NCBI GenBank assembly: GCA_963823665.1 | Contig: CAWGMQ010000003.1 | Span: forward strand, 640,001-704,000 | Origin: an uncultured Planctomycetota bacterium | GTDB taxonomy: Bacteria > Planctomycetota > Planctomycetia > Isosphaerales > Isosphaeraceae | Direction of reading: 5' to 3' | Length of the DNA: 64,000 nucleotides | Shown here: one piece after another, positions 11,432 to 21,369 of the stretch | How the letters are laid out: each line of letters opens with the position of its first letter | Numbering within the stretch: position 1 is the stretch's first letter | Program-made: the position numbers and the translations under genes | The notes under the pieces: model-generated | What the model saw: the letters and a program-made list of their open reading frames with translations, nothing else | Database searches by the model: none | Told to the model about the DNA's origin: nothing

Positions 11432-11498
11432 CGTCGGTGCTCCACGTTAACATCGAATGGCCAGGTTCGGTGCTTTGCCCGGCCTGCATCGAGCGCAG

Positions 11499-12338
11499 TC
11501 ATTTTTCAACGAGTGCGGGAGCGCCATTCCGCCTCGCGGCCACGGATTGCGGAAACACACCTTCGCGCACGTCGTTGGCATAGTTCCGGGCAGCATCAAA
11601 GATCAGTTCCCCGAGTTGTGCATACTGCCTCACGAATTTCGGTACGAAAGTGTCGAACAATCCAAGCATGTCGTAGCTAACCAGCACCTGGCCGTCGCAG
11701 TGCGGCCCCGCACCGATACCGATCGTGGGGATCTTCAGCCGACTCGTCACGGCCTCCGCAACGGCATCCGGGACCGCCTCGACGACGACGGCAAACGCTC
11801 CGGCGTCTTCGAGTGCGAGCGCGTCGCGGAGCAGTTCTTGCGCAGCTTCTTCGTTGCGCGCCTGCTGCCGCATCCCGCCGAGGCGGTGGACGTGCTGAGG
11901 GGTCAACCCGACGTGCCCCATGACCGGGAGGCCGGCTGCTGTGAGCCGACGAACCGTCTCCGCGATGGGGCGTCCACCTTCGACCTTCACCGCGGCGGCG
12001 CCGCCTTCCTGGAAGAGGCTTGCCGCGTTGCGCATGGCTTGCTCGGCCGAAATCTGATAAGTCAGAAACGGCATGTCCGCCACGACCAACGCGCGACTCG
12101 CGGCGCGCGTCACGGCGCGCGTGTGGTGAAGAACCGCATCCAGGGTTACGGGGACCGTTGTGTCCAATCCCAAGATCACGTTCCCAAGGGAGTCGCCCAC
12201 CAGCAACAGGTCGATGCCTGCGCGATCAAGTAGCCGGGCCATGGTGGCGTCGTAGGCAGTCAACATGACAATTCGTTCGCCATGCTCCTTCATGAGCGCA
12301 AGATCAGGCACGCGGACTTTCGTGGATAGCCGGTTCAT
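11499..12338 (-). CDS. panB: 3-methyl-2-oxobutanoate hydroxymethyltransferase
   Basis: MLTAYD, LVGDSLG, ADMPF, VKVEGG, GHVGLTPQ, GIGAG..CDGQVLV. Confidence 0.95.
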   Translation of the reverse strand: MNRLSTKVRVPDLALMKEHGERIVMLTAYDATMARLLDRAGIDLLLVGDSLGNVILGLDTTVPVTLDAVLHHTRAVTRAASRALVVADMPFLTYQISAEQAMRNAASLFQEGGAAAVKVEGGRPIAETVRRLTAAGLPVMGHVGLTPQHVHRLGGMRQQARNEEAAQELLRDALALEDAGAFAVVVEAVPDAVAEAVTSRLKIPTIGIGAGPHCDGQVLVSYDMLGLFDTFVPKFVRQYAQLGELIFDAARNYANDVREGVFPQSVAARRNGAPALVEK

Positions 12339-13708
12339 TGGACTGTCTCCCGTTCGCTCACGGGTGACCCTGGCCCCTCAGCTTTCCCGTTGGTTCGCTG
12401 ACCGTTCTGCCGGGCCGCCTGGATGGCATCCTGCAAAGGTTCCGGTTCGATGATGAGCCGCGCGAGCCGTTGGCGAGTGAAGAGTTTCCACGACCACCGG
12501 AACAGCGTCCCGATTCGGCTGCTCGTCAGAACCAGGAACTGAATGTGAACGAAGGCCCACACCATCTTGGCGAACAACCCGGCGGTGCGGACGCCGAACG
12601 CCTCCATGACGGCGAAATTGCGGCCGACCGTAGCCAGGTTCCCCTTGTTGAAGTACCTGAACGCAGGTAGGTCCGGTTTCCCCTTCAGCCGTCTCGCAAT
12701 CTGGCGGCCGACGTAGCGGCCTTGCTGGATCGCAACCTGGGCGACGCCCGGGAGAGGCTTCCCGCCCTCTTCCAGGCACGCCGTGTCTCCCACGACGAAT
12801 ATCTCCGGATGGGCCGGGACCGAGCAGTCTGCAAGCACCTTGACGCGACCTGCTCTGTCTGCCTCGGCACCCAACCATTGCGCTGCCGGAGAACCCTTCA
12901 CCCCTGCCGCCCAGAACACGTTCCGGGTCGAGATCCGTTCTCCCCGTACCAAAACGCCTTCCGCGTCCACCTTCTCCACCGCGGCGCCGGTGCGGACTTC
13001 GACCCCCAGCTTTGCGAGCTTGGCGGTCGCCGCGGCGGCAAGCGAATCGTCGAACGAGGGTAGGATGCGCGGACCCGCCTCCACGAGGATCAGTTTGAGC
13101 GAAGCGGGGTCGAAGCGACGGAACTCCTTGGCCAAAGATTGGCGCGCCAACTCTGCGATCGCCCCGGCGAGCTCCACGCCCGTGGGACCACCGCCGACAA
13201 TGACGAACGTCAACAGTTCGGGATGGTCTTGGGGGGTGAAGGTCCGCTCGCAGGCCTCGAACGCTCCCAGGATCTTGTTGCGGAGCTGAACCGCGTCGGT
13301 GAGGGTTTTCAGGCCCGAGGCATACGCTGCGTACTCGTCGTGACCGAAGTAGCTGTGCTCTACCCCAGTCGCCAGTACGAGGTAGTCGTAGGGCAACGGG
13401 AGCGGAACCCCGTCCACCAAGCACACCCTTTTCGTAACATCCACATCAGTAACGGTACCCTGGATCACGGTGGCGTTGGGCTGCCTGCGCAAGACGTGCC
13501 GGATCGGTGCCCCGATGTGCTCGGGGGAAAGGACCGAGGTAGCCACCTGATAGAGGAGCGGCTGGAAGACGTGGTGGTTAGTCTTGTCGATGAGGAGCAC
13601 GCGGGCCTGACTCTTCCTCAGGGCGCGGGCCGCGGCGAGACCGCCGAAGCCCCCGCCCACAATGAGGATTCGCGGGTCGCCTGCCGTGTTCGCAGAAATG
13701 GGTATCAT
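12335..13708 (-). CDS. ndh: Type II NADH:quinone oxidoreductase
   Basis: GGGFGG, FQPLLYQVAT, GGGPTGVELAG, WAAGV, AQVAIQQG. Confidence 0.9.
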   Translation of the reverse strand: MIPISANTAGDPRILIVGGGFGGLAAARALRKSQARVLLIDKTNHHVFQPLLYQVATSVLSPEHIGAPIRHVLRRQPNATVIQGTVTDVDVTKRVCLVDGVPLPLPYDYLVLATGVEHSYFGHDEYAAYASGLKTLTDAVQLRNKILGAFEACERTFTPQDHPELLTFVIVGGGPTGVELAGAIAELARQSLAKEFRRFDPASLKLILVEAGPRILPSFDDSLAAAATAKLAKLGVEVRTGAAVEKVDAEGVLVRGERISTRNVFWAAGVKGSPAAQWLGAEADRAGRVKVLADCSVPAHPEIFVVGDTACLEEGGKPLPGVAQVAIQQGRYVGRQIARRLKGKPDLPAFRYFNKGNLATVGRNFAVMEAFGVRTAGLFAKMVWAFVHIQFLVLTSSRIGTLFRWSWKLFTRQRLARLIIEPEPLQDAIQAARQNGQRTNGKAEGPGSPVSERETVQ

Positions 13709-13738
13709 TGTCAGTCGCTCCGATTTCGTGAAGACCCC

Positions 13739-14743
13739 TTATCCGCTGGCTTGAGCCGTTACCTTGGCGTGAGCAGGTTTCTTCTCCCCTGACGACGCGC
13801 CCGAGCCATTCGCTCGCAGCTTGAGAAGTCCGATCAACACTGCGTTCTCGTCGTGCGCGAGCTGATCGACCGAGCGTTCCCCTGCTTCGCGCATCACGCC
13901 ATCGATGATGGTTTGCTTCAGCTCGGGCGTGATGTTTGGAGTGCCGAGGGCCTTCATCATGCCCTGAAGTGGATCCATAAGGTGATCCATGAAGTGTTTG
14001 ATTCCACCGGCGCCACCGCCCAGATGCCACTGAAGGCTCTGGCCCATCACGCCCCAGCGGAGGCCCGGTCCATAGCAAACGGCGGCGTCGGTGTCCTCGA
14101 CGCTCAGCACGCCTTGTTCAATGAGGTAAAGCATCTCCCGATAGAGCGCTGCTTGCAGACGATTCGCCACGTGCCCGGGAAGTTCCTGCCGCAAATGAAT
14201 CGGCTTCTTGCCGATCGCCGCGTAGAACGACATCGCCCGCTGGATCGCTTGCGGTGATGTCTTGGCGCCGCCCACCACTTCCACAAGTGGAATGATGTGC
14301 GGCGGGTTGAACGGATGCCCCACAAGGACGCGCTCGGGGCGCTCGCACTTCGACTGCATCACGCTCGGCGTGATCCCCGAGGAGCTCGACGCGATTAATG
14401 TGTCGGGAGGCGTGGCGGCGTCGATGTCCGCGAACAGCTTGATTTTGAACTCAGGCCGCTCGGGAGCGTTTTCCTGGACGAAGTCGGCCCCCGCCAGCGC
14501 CGCCTTCATGTCGGGGGTGAAGGACAGGCGGTCGCGCGACGCTCCCGGCGAAAGGCCGATGGCGGCGAGCTCATCCCACGCGTCGTCCACGTACTGGCGC
14601 AGTTTAGCTTCCGCGTCCGGGGCGGGGTCGGTCGCGACCACGTCCAAGCCCCGCGCCAGGTACTGTGCGGCCCAGCTCGCGCCGATGACCCCGGTGCCGA
14701 CGATGGCGATTCGGTGGATAGGTTTGTCGAGAGACATGATCAT
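13739..14743 (-). CDS. 3-hydroxyacyl-CoA dehydrogenase family (carnitine-DH/lambda-crystallin-like)
   Basis: GTGVIG, QENAPE, ASSSSG, GHPFNPPH..PLVEV, GHVANRLQ, GPGLRW. Confidence 0.9.
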   Translation of the reverse strand: MIMSLDKPIHRIAIVGTGVIGASWAAQYLARGLDVVATDPAPDAEAKLRQYVDDAWDELAAIGLSPGASRDRLSFTPDMKAALAGADFVQENAPERPEFKIKLFADIDAATPPDTLIASSSSGITPSVMQSKCERPERVLVGHPFNPPHIIPLVEVVGGAKTSPQAIQRAMSFYAAIGKKPIHLRQELPGHVANRLQAALYREMLYLIEQGVLSVEDTDAAVCYGPGLRWGVMGQSLQWHLGGGAGGIKHFMDHLMDPLQGMMKALGTPNITPELKQTIIDGVMREAGERSVDQLAHDENAVLIGLLKLRANGSGASSGEKKPAHAKVTAQASG

Positions 14744-15684
14744 TTCTCCTTGAGGGGTAGTAAAGCGTAGGCGATGCCAGTGAGGTTTCCCTGAGCGTAG
14801 AGCAGTGTCTGCTTACCTGACCCATCGAGACGGGCAGAGTAGACCGAGCCAGCCAGATCGGTGAGGAACATGCGGCCGCCTTCGAGATCGAGCGCAATAC
14901 CGATGCCTTCCATCAGGTGCCTGAACAGGATCTCCGGCGCGGGCCGCGTTTTGGAATCCGCGTCCATCGGGGCGCGGTTGACCGTGTTGCCGTGCGGCGG
15001 GTCGCCGCGGTCCGTCCAGTACAGAAGGCGATTCTTGAGATCGAGCTCCAGATCAATCGGCTCCGGCAGGCCGTCGAACAGCACTTCGATGTCCGTGCGG
15101 TTCGACGCATTCTGTCCGGCCGGGAGCTCGATGTTCGCTCGGAGGATGCGGCCCAATTCCGCGTTGTCCGGGCCTTTTTGCGTCCAGTAAATCTGTCCGC
15201 GCCCGGCATCCACAGAGATGCCGACGCACCACTTCGTCTGGTCGCGGCGGTCGATGTCGCCCCGGCCCGTCTCCACGAGAGTCTCAACCGCCGACCCGTC
15301 GAGGTTCGCGCGCATGACGCGCATCCCTTCGCGGTCCGACCAGTACAGCTTGCCGCCCGACTTCTCGAGCTGGATCTGTTTGGGTGTGAACGTGCCGCCC
15401 GGGGGAACGATCGTCTGGCGATTCCGCCCGTCCAGGTCGGCGCGCTCGATGGAGCCATCGTTCAGGTGGAGAACGCCCATGTTGGTCCAGTAGATGTGCT
15501 CGCGTTCGACGTCGAGCGCGATGCCATCAGGCATCCGGCACTCGTGAACGATGACCTTTCGGTCGGAGCCGTTGGGATTCACCGAGAAGATGCGGTTGCC
15601 GCTGAGCTCGAGAACGAACAATCGGCCGGGCGCGGCTCGGTCGCCGGAGGCTAGCGTCGATTCTGAAGACTTGAGCTTTGTCAT
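14740..15684 (-). CDS. YWTD (LDL-receptor class B repeat) beta-propeller protein
   Basis: Repeats IYWTN, LYWSD, IYWTQ, LYWTD, MFLTD with RA.LDG spacers. No signal peptide. Start chosen from the AAGGGGA RBS. Confidence 0.8.
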   Translation of the reverse strand: MTKLKSSESTLASGDRAAPGRLFVLELSGNRIFSVNPNGSDRKVIVHECRMPDGIALDVEREHIYWTNMGVLHLNDGSIERADLDGRNRQTIVPPGGTFTPKQIQLEKSGGKLYWSDREGMRVMRANLDGSAVETLVETGRGDIDRRDQTKWCVGISVDAGRGQIYWTQKGPDNAELGRILRANIELPAGQNASNRTDIEVLFDGLPEPIDLELDLKNRLLYWTDRGDPPHGNTVNRAPMDADSKTRPAPEILFRHLMEGIGIALDLEGGRMFLTDLAGSVYSARLDGSGKQTLLYAQGNLTGIAYALLPLKEK

Positions 15685-15728
15685 ATTTTCCCCTTTCATC
15701 GTTGACCGCGCTTCAGGCGCGGCATCTC

Positions 15729-17139
15729 TCACACACACACCAAAGAGGCATCGACCGCCCACAGTGATCGTTCGTACTCCGACTCCAGCCGGTATCGCGC
15801 CAGGTCCGAGACGGTGACCATCACCAGGCCGTGCGTTTCGCAGAACCGGATCAAGTCCGGGACGCGAGCCATGGTGCCGTCGTCGTTAAGGATCTCGCAG
15901 ATGACGCCCGCGGGGGTTAGTCCGGCGAGGCTTGCAAGATCGACGGCCGCCTCGGTTTGTCCTCGTCGCTCCAGAACGCCGCCTGGGCGGGCGCAGCGGG
16001 AAGACGTGTCCCGGCCGGGCGAAGTCATCCGGAGAGCTGCCGGCGTCCACGGCGGCCCGGATCGTTTGCGCCCGATCGTGGGCCGAAATGCCCGTGGTGA
16101 CGCCGCGTCCTTTCACGTCGATCGAGACCGTGAACGCGGTGCCGTGCAACGCGGTGTTCTCGGGCACCATCGCGGCGAGATCCAGCTCGTCGAGCCGCTC
16201 GCCGGGCATGGCCAGGCAGATCAGTCCCCGCCCGTGTTTCGCCATGAAGTTGATGGCCTCGGGGGTAACCAGCTCCGCCGCCATCGTCAGGTCGCCTTCG
16301 TTCTCGCGGTCCTCATCGTCGATCACCACGATCATGCGTCCGGCCCTCAGTTCGTGAATGGCGGTCTCGACGCTCGCAAACTCGAACCGGTCTTGCGAGT
16401 GAATTGGATACCCCGTGCGATCATGCTGACCCAGGCTGAGGACGTGCCCCATCTTTTCCTTCTTGGCACGAAGGTAGGCCAAGGAATGTGGGGTCGGCGC
16501 GGCTTCGCAGGGAAGCCTCTCGACGACCTCGATACCGGCATCCGCGAGCGCGGCAGACTTGCGCGGGTTATTCGACAGAAGGCGAACCCGGCTGACGCGA
16601 AGCTCGTGCAGGATCGCCGCGGGCAAGCTGAAATCCCGGCAATCCGCCCTGAAGCCCAAGGCATGGTTGGCGTCGACGGTGTCGAGGCCGGCGTCCTGGA
16701 GAGCGTAGGCCTGCAACTTCGCCTTGAGCCCGATACCCCGGCCCTCCTTGTACTCGTAGATCAAGAGCCCGCGCCCTTCCCCGGCGATTGCCCGCATGGC
16801 GATATCCAGTTGGTCGTTGCAATCACAGCGCAGCGATCCGAGCACCTCGCCGGTGAAACACTGCGAATGAACGCGTACGATCGGAGCGCCGTCCGCCAGA
16901 TCGCCCATGACCAGTGCGAGTGCGCTTTCAACCCGTCGCGTCCCGTTCACAATTTCGCGCTCGAACGAAAGGGCCTGAAACACCCCCCACCTGGTGGGCA
17001 TTCGGGCGGAAGCCACTCTGACGGCCCCTGTCTCCGCGAGGGTGACGTACATGTCGGACGTCATCGCGTTCTTCTTCTCCGGACGGTTTAACTGGATCCG
17101 CAAGATGCTTCCGGATCGTTCGGTAAGGATTTCACTCAT
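15729..17139 (-). CDS. ribA: GTP cyclohydrolase II - DHBP synthase fusion (RibA then RibB) with a 37-aa crotonase N-terminus; frameshift near 15990
   Basis: [33 protein letters not shown] (RibA). [41 protein letters not shown] (RibB). The first 37 aa are crotonase-like ([15 protein letters not shown]). Confidence 0.85.
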
Positions 17140-18379
17140 CGTCCACCCCCCGTGGTTACTGCTTCCGGATGCTTGACACCCGGGATGGCACGGCTCGCGC
17201 GGAAGCCCTCGATTTCGGTGGCATTGAAGCCGAGTTGGGTGAGAACCTCTTCGTTGTGTTCGCCGATTTCCGGGCGCGTTTGGCCGGCACTTTCGCCACG
17301 CCGTGCACTTGCATCGGGCTGCTGATCGTGAACGTCAGCTTCCCGCCCGCGCCCTCGATCGGAACGACAATGTCGTTCGCGCGGAGCTGGGGGTCCTTGA
17401 CGACCTCGGCCGGTTCCATCACGACGCTGAACGTGATGCGGGCCCGCTCCAAGACGTCGTGCCAGTGGGCCATCGGTTGGGCGCCGAACGCTTCGTCGAG
17501 AATGGCCGTAAGCTGGGCCATGTTGGCCGCCAACTTCGTGGCGTCGCTGAACCGCGGGTCCGACAGCAGGTCTGCGCGACCGATTCCCTTGGCCAGCGCC
17601 GGGAGCTTGTCGGGCGTCGTGCCGAGTATCAGCCATTGGTCGTCCGCGGTACGGTACAAATTGATCGTCGCGTTCGGCGGGTTCTCCCGGTCATGCAGCG
17701 GGAAGAACCGGGCGTCGCAGAGCGCGGCGGCGTTCATCATGGCAGTGGCCCAGACCCCTTCGGCCAACAGCGACGTGGTGACATAGGAGCCCTTCCCGGT
17801 CCGCTCGCGCTGATACAAGCCCATGACGATCGCGGAAAACAAGCCAACGGCCGTCGCATGATCACCGCTTCCCCCCACGGGGAATGTAGGCGGGGCGCCC
17901 GCATCGCGCGTCAGCGCCAACAGACCGCTGCGGGCCCAGTACGCTGTGAAATCGAATCCCGGGAGATCGGCGTCCGGCCCGTTGTCGCCATAGCCGGTGA
18001 TGTCGGCATAGATCAACCGAGAATTCCAAGAGGAGACGTCCTCGTAGGACAGCTTCAGCCGCTTGCGCGCCGGGTGCGGAGTGTTAACGATGAACACGTC
18101 GGCCCACTTGGCGAGGCGCTCGAGCACCTTGTGTGCGTCCGGCGATTTCAGATCGAGGGCCAGGCCGCGCTTGTTGCGGTTATCAAGGTGAAAACAGTAG
18201 TTGTCCTTGGCCTGGGGAAACGGGGGAAGCGTGTGGACGATTCGAAAGGTGTCGCCCGTGGGCGGTTCGACCTTGATCACGTCGGCACCAAAGTCCGACA
18301 AGATCACAGCGGCAGCGGGACCGGCGATGAAGCTCGAAAAATCCACGACGTTCAGGCCGGTAAAGATGTTATCCGTCAT
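17136..18379 (-). CDS. Family III CoA-transferase (CaiB/BaiF), frameshift near 17272
   Basis: [33 protein letters not shown]. The C-terminus [11 protein letters not shown] is in the shifted frame. Confidence 0.9.
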
Positions 18380-18416
18380 GTGATGCCTCGTTCGGGTGAG
18401 ATCGTCTGGTTATTGG

Positions 18417-19220
18417 TTACTTTCCCTGGAAGTTAGGCTTGCGTTTTTCGCGGAACGCGGCCACACCCTCTTTCCGGTCCTCGGTAGCGAAACACTGGGT
18501 GAAGAGCGACGCCTCGATGTTCAGCCCTTCGGCGAGGCTCTCGTCGAGACCCCGGTTCGCGGCTTCGATCGCCAGCTTGACCGCGGTCGGGGCATTCGCA
18601 TTGATCTTGTTCAGGATGGCTTCCGCCCTCGGAAAGAGGCTGTCCTTGGCAACGATTTCGTTGACCAAGCCGATCCGGTAGGCCTCATGTGCGTCGATCA
18701 TGTCGGCGCTGAGAATCAATTGCAGCGCGCGTCCCTTGCCGACCAGCCGGGGCAGGCGTTGCGTTCCCCCGTAGCCCGGGATGATGCCGATCGTCACCTC
18801 CGGCTGGCCGAACTTGGCGGTCTCCACGGCCAGTCGGATCGTGCAAGCCATCGCCAGCTCGCAGCCGCCGCCCAAGGCGAAGCCGTTGACGGCCGCGATG
18901 ACCGGCTTGCCGAGGTTTTCGATGAGTGTGGTGAGGCGTTGCCCCTGTCGCGTCTTGTCCTCCGCCTCGGTAGGCGTGTCGTTGGCCATTTCGCTGATGT
19001 CCGCGCCGGCGGCGAACGCCTTGTCGCCCGCCCCGGTCAAGATCACGCCACGGACGCCGGCATCGTCCCGGGCTTCGTTGAAGACCTCACTGAGCTCGGC
19101 GATCGTGGCCTTGTTGAGGGCGTTGAGCACCTTCGGCCGGTTGAGTGTCACGTACGCGATCGCCCCCTTCTTTTCGTACAGAATGTTCTCGCGGGTTGAT
19201 GTTGCTGTTGCGACACTCAC
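18417..19220 (-). CDS. Enoyl-CoA hydratase (crotonase)
   Basis: LNRPKVLNAL, AFAAGADI, ALGGGCELAM, FGQPEV, PGYGGTQRL. GTG start after AAGGAG. Confidence 0.92.
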   Translation of the reverse strand: MSVATATSTRENILYEKKGAIAYVTLNRPKVLNALNKATIAELSEVFNEARDDAGVRGVILTGAGDKAFAAGADISEMANDTPTEAEDKTRQGQRLTTLIENLGKPVIAAVNGFALGGGCELAMACTIRLAVETAKFGQPEVTIGIIPGYGGTQRLPRLVGKGRALQLILSADMIDAHEAYRIGLVNEIVAKDSLFPRAEAILNKINANAPTAVKLAIEAANRGLDESLAEGLNIEASLFTQCFATEDRKEGVAAFREKRKPNFQGK

Positions 19221-19272
19221 GTGCGTGCTCCTTTTGCGAAACTCCAGAAGTTCCAATCTCAACCGATCCGGG

Positions 19273-19398
19273 TCAGGCCGCGCGGCCCCACATCCGGCGG
19301 GCGAAGCGCCGCTGGCGGTGCCGTGCGTACCAGCTCTTGCGGGCCGGGTCCCGGCCATCCAGCCCGCGACGGCGGCGGGTCAGATTACCTACTTGCAT
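19273..19398 (-). CDS. Putative 41-aa Arg-rich small protein
   Basis: GAGGAGGGAGG immediately before ATG. Fills the ACAD-crotonase gap on the operon strand. No homology recognised. Confidence 0.3.
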   Translation of the reverse strand: MQVGNLTRRRRGLDGRDPARKSWYARHRQRRFARRMWGRAA

Positions 19399-19455
19399 AG
19401 CCTCCCTCCTCTCCTCTCACGACAAGGCAAGACGGAGCCCGGACGGCCCGTCGAG

Positions 19456-20694
19456 CTACACGAACGCGCTGAACCCGGTGATGGCCTTGCCCACGATCAG
19501 GTTTTGCATCTGGTATGTGCCTTCGTACGAGTAAAGCGCCTCGGCATCCGCGAAGAACCGGGCGACGTGATAGTCGCTGGCAATTCCGTTGCCGCCCAGG
19601 ATCTCGCGGGCCCACGCGACCGTCTCGCGCATTTTGGCGGTGCAAAACGCCTTGGAGAGGGCCGCGTGATGGTCGCCCAGCTTGCCTTCCGCGTGGAGCT
19701 GCGCCGTGCGCACGACCAGGCACTGAGAAGCCGTGACATTGGCGATCATTCGGGCGAGCAAATCCTGGACAAGCTGAAACGAGCCGATCGGCCTGCCGAA
19801 TTGCAAACGCTCCTGCGCGTACCGAAGGGCGTGCTCGTAGGCGCCCATCTGACAACCCGTCGCCTCCCATGCGACCAAATACCGCGTCATCCGCAGCACA
19901 CGCGCAGTATCGCGGAAGGATTTGCCGGCCTGAAGATGGTTCTCCTCGGGCACCCGAACGTTTTCGAGCGTGATCAAGCCGTTCTGGACGACCTTGAGCG
20001 CGATCTTGTTCTGGATCTTCTCGACGCTGAATCCCGGCGTGGTCTTGTTCTCGACGATGAAGCCCTTGACCTGGTTGTCGGCGACGTCGCGCGCCCAGAT
20101 GATCGAGATGTCGCACCAGGGCGAGTTGCCGATCCATTTCTTCTGGCCGTTCAAGACCCAGGTGTCACCCTCACGCTTCGCGGTCGTCGTCAGGCCGCCG
20201 CTCGCCCCGGAGCCCACCAGCGGCTCGGTCAGGCCGAAGCAGCCGATCTTCTCGAAGCGAGCCATCGGCGGCAGCCATTTCTGCTTCTGCTCTTCCGATC
20301 CCGCGGCGTAGATGGAGCCCATGGCCAGGCCGTTGTGGACGCCGAAGAAGGTCGCGATCGACGAGTCGACGCGTGACATCTCCATTGCGGCCAGACCGAA
20401 CAAGAGCGCGCTTCCTCCCCGGCAGCCGTATCCCTGCATCCCCACCCCTCCGAGATTCAGCTCCTTGATTGCCGGCAGCAGCTCAAATGGGAATGCATCC
20501 TCGACCCAGTATTTGTTGATGATCGGTGCGACCTTGGTCTCCATGAACGAGCGCACCTGTTTGAGAAGCCCGCGCTCCTCGGCGTTCAAGGTGTCAGCGA
20601 GCTCATAGAAGTCACTGTTGGGGGCAGGCAGCGGCTTCGGGGCTGTGGCCTTTCCGTCGCGTGCGCCGGTTTTCGTGAGGGTCTCCACGGTCAT
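19456..20694 (-). CDS. Acyl-CoA dehydrogenase/oxidase (glutaryl-CoA-DH/ACX4-like)
   Basis: CFGLTEP, LNGQKKWIGN, RLQFGRPIGSFQLVQ, ILGGNGI, YSYEGT. Confidence 0.92.
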   Translation of the reverse strand: MTVETLTKTGARDGKATAPKPLPAPNSDFYELADTLNAEERGLLKQVRSFMETKVAPIINKYWVEDAFPFELLPAIKELNLGGVGMQGYGCRGGSALLFGLAAMEMSRVDSSIATFFGVHNGLAMGSIYAAGSEEQKQKWLPPMARFEKIGCFGLTEPLVGSGASGGLTTTAKREGDTWVLNGQKKWIGNSPWCDISIIWARDVADNQVKGFIVENKTTPGFSVEKIQNKIALKVVQNGLITLENVRVPEENHLQAGKSFRDTARVLRMTRYLVAWEATGCQMGAYEHALRYAQERLQFGRPIGSFQLVQDLLARMIANVTASQCLVVRTAQLHAEGKLGDHHAALSKAFCTAKMRETVAWAREILGGNGIASDYHVARFFADAEALYSYEGTYQMQNLIVGKAITGFSAFV

Positions 20695-20922
20695 GGTCCT
20701 CGTTCATGGTTGTGATGAGTTCGGATCCAACAGACGAAAAAACGGTCACGGTCTCTCAATCGATTGCTTATTCATTCGATGTCTTGCTTCGCCTCTGTAT
20801 AACGAAGCGTGGCCCGTGGACATCGAATCGGGTCGTTCAGGGAGAGCATGACAATCCGTTGCTCACTCATCGGGTCTTTTCCGGATAATGAGATGCCGCT
20901 TGACGAGACAAGCGAGCGAAAA

Positions 20923-20939
20923 AGCAACAACTGTGCCGG
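20923..20939 (-). promoter_or_regulatory. sigma54 -24/-12 promoter of the beta-oxidation/respiration operon
   Basis: Minus strand CCGGCACAGTTGTTGCT = GG-N10-GC, with GGCAC and TTGC. Confidence 0.8.
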
Positions 20940-21063
20940 AGGCTGGATGTGGTCTTTCCTGGCGATCGATGGATCGCAAGACGCCGGGGAAATCCCCGGC
21001 ATTTTCATGAGAGTGAGGTAGGCACTCGCCGGTTTTGACAGAAAGCGGCGGGTCACTGGCGAT

Positions 21064-21112
21064 CGATGTGAATTGGCAACATTTGCGTCCTGATGATGGG
21101 AAGATTTACCCA
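21064..21112. promoter_or_regulatory. Putative tandem enhancer (UAS), copy A
   Basis: Ungapped 34/49 match to copy B and 32/49 to copy C. Contains the near-palindrome TGGGAAGATTTACCCA. Confidence 0.7.
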
Positions 21113-21132
21113 TGCCGGGTTGAGCTTCAAAT

Positions 21133-21234
21133 TCAATTGAATGCGAAGTCCCCCACGACGGCGAAGCAGTCGGCGATCCCCTCGCGTGCGAGCCGCCCTA
21201 CGATGTAATCTGCGACAGTCAATTGCTCACTCAT
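21133..21234 (-). pseudogene. 5' relic of an alpha-keto-acid decarboxylase
   Basis: MSEQLTVADYIVGRLAREGIADCFAVVGDFAFN* versus MSKQPTVADYIVQRLAREGITDCFGVAGDFAFK at 27543. Confidence 0.8.
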
Positions 21235-21369
21235 TGGATGTTTTCGGATAATGAGATACGATTGCCGCCCAGAATCGATCGACTCGCGGATGCGTAGCCG
21301 GGGCCTGATCCCGACTGCGCCCGAGGCCGGCCGGATCTTGCCGAAACGGCGGCCACCGCGGGCACTCGG

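Noticed and set aside
18781..20376. Long antisense ORFs (531 aa here; also 3370..4632, 15814..17091, 17303..18436, 59955..61076)
   Set aside because: These are shadows of well-supported genes in high-GC DNA and show no recognisable motifs.
20983..21000. GCCGGGGAAATCCCCGGC hairpin as a terminator
   Set aside because: It lies between promoter A and its enhancer, and the pairing is only partly kept in the homologous copy near 50345. Its function is unsupported.
21073..21086. TTGGCAACATTTGC as a plus-strand sigma54 promoter
   Set aside because: GG-GC spacing is 8, not 10. It is better explained as one site of the enhancer element.
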